A DNA stretch of 64,000 bases. It comes from the human T2T-CHM13v2.0 reference genome, Homo sapiens. The notes below the pieces were generated by a model. It was given only the letters and a program-made list of their open reading frames with translations. It made no database searches and was not told the origin of the DNA. Shown piece after piece: positions 62,840 to 64,000 of the stretch (its first letter is position 1; every line of letters starts with the position of its first letter). The stretch lies in NCBI RefSeq assembly GCF_009914755.1, contig NC_060930.1, one strand, 5' to 3'. A program made the translations under genes and the position numbers.

Positions 62840-64000
62840 TCTCTCTTTGGTACTGACGTTTTATCTTTTAAGCATAGCCTGGCGTTCGACTAAAAGCAAG
62901 TAGTTTTGTTGCTTGGGAAGTTCTCTGTTTGGTGATGTGTAGAAGAAGGAATAATATGATTTGTGTCCCTTCAGTGAAAGGAAGAGTTGCATCCTCTGTC
63001 GCTGAACATGCCTGCTGACACTGAAAATGTACACTGACTGGTGTATGTGTCCTACACCTGCCACTAATCTAAAGAATCTGTCTCCTGTCTCATGTGATTT
63101 TTCATCTTTTGGAAGGAAGTGGAAAATATTCAGATGTGTGGACTTTTTGAGCTCATGTGCTACTTAATAGAGAAGAAATAATATTCTTTTTATCTACATT
63201 ATTATAGAAAAATGCAGGCAATGACACTTCTCTGTCCTCCTTCAGAACTGTTTTCTCAGACTGAAAGATATAAGAAATTATAAAAGGCTCTTGTGCAAGG
63301 TAGTTTCAATTAAGTTCAAAGTTAAATATATTTCATGGGACTTAAAATGCTACCAGAGCTATGAATCATAAGAAGCTGCTTGTTAAAACATTGGTGTATT
63401 TTTAGTTCTGTGAATGGTGACTTTCAATGCATCTGGTTAGTTTAAATCATCTCTGGAGCCATCGTACAAGACATTTACAGTTACCAAGAGGGCTTATGGA
63501 TCATAGAGATTTCCAGATAGGCTTCCGAGTCTTGGTATCTTAGAATGCAAATTAATATTTTTAATTATTTTTTCTCTCATTTTATTGTGATTTTTTTCCC
63601 TGTAATTCTAGGTTGACAATCACTCCAATTTTTTTAGGCAAATAGAAAGACAAACTACCACCTGAAGATTCATAATGCTAAGAAACTCGTACAGAGTTAG
63701 CCATTCAGAGGGAATGGAGTTTTGTTACTTACTTTGGCCAGTTATAGAGATGTTATTCCACTTTTTATCAGGTAGCTGAAAATTTTAAAGAATTACAACT
63801 TTTTATTCATTGACCACAATTTTTGTTTAAAAATGTTTTCTTTTCATCCTAAAAGTACATTGTAGGATCGTGCAAATCAATGACTGTGTATAACAGAACT
63901 GAAACATTTTATTCAAGGAAAAAACTAATATTCTGTATGTCAGATTGGAACTTTGTTAATTGAGCTATAGTGAAATGGAACCTGGAAATTTTATATTTAT

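Overview
This is primate (most likely human) genomic DNA, not prokaryotic. The right end holds the 5' end of CLVS2 (clavesin-2, SEC14/CRAL-TRIO family): a CpG-island promoter (~60.2-61.0 kb), a probable non-coding first exon ending at 60991, and a second exon (61464-62411) with the first 389 coding nt. The ~60 kb upstream is a transposon-rich gene desert. It contains a full-length L1PA4-type LINE-1 on the minus strand with a 12-bp TSD, an ~19-kb nest of L1MB, L1MA, L1PA15/16, L1PB and THE1B elements, a 3'-truncated L1PA7-type element, Alus, MaLR/ERV solo LTRs, hAT MITEs and MIR/L2 relics. Most long ORFs in the track are decayed L1 ORF1/ORF2, Alu or GC-rich artefacts. I see no evidence of a new multi-gene system. 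The most unusual structure is a ~525-bp insert at 46.7-47.2 kb built from three nearby templates (one inverted, two direct), resembling a fixed template-switching (FoSTeS/MMBIR) scar. The CLVS2 leader also has uORFs, a hairpin and an in-frame CUG that could give an N-terminal extension. Repeat subfamily names come from recalled consensus sequences, not a database search.
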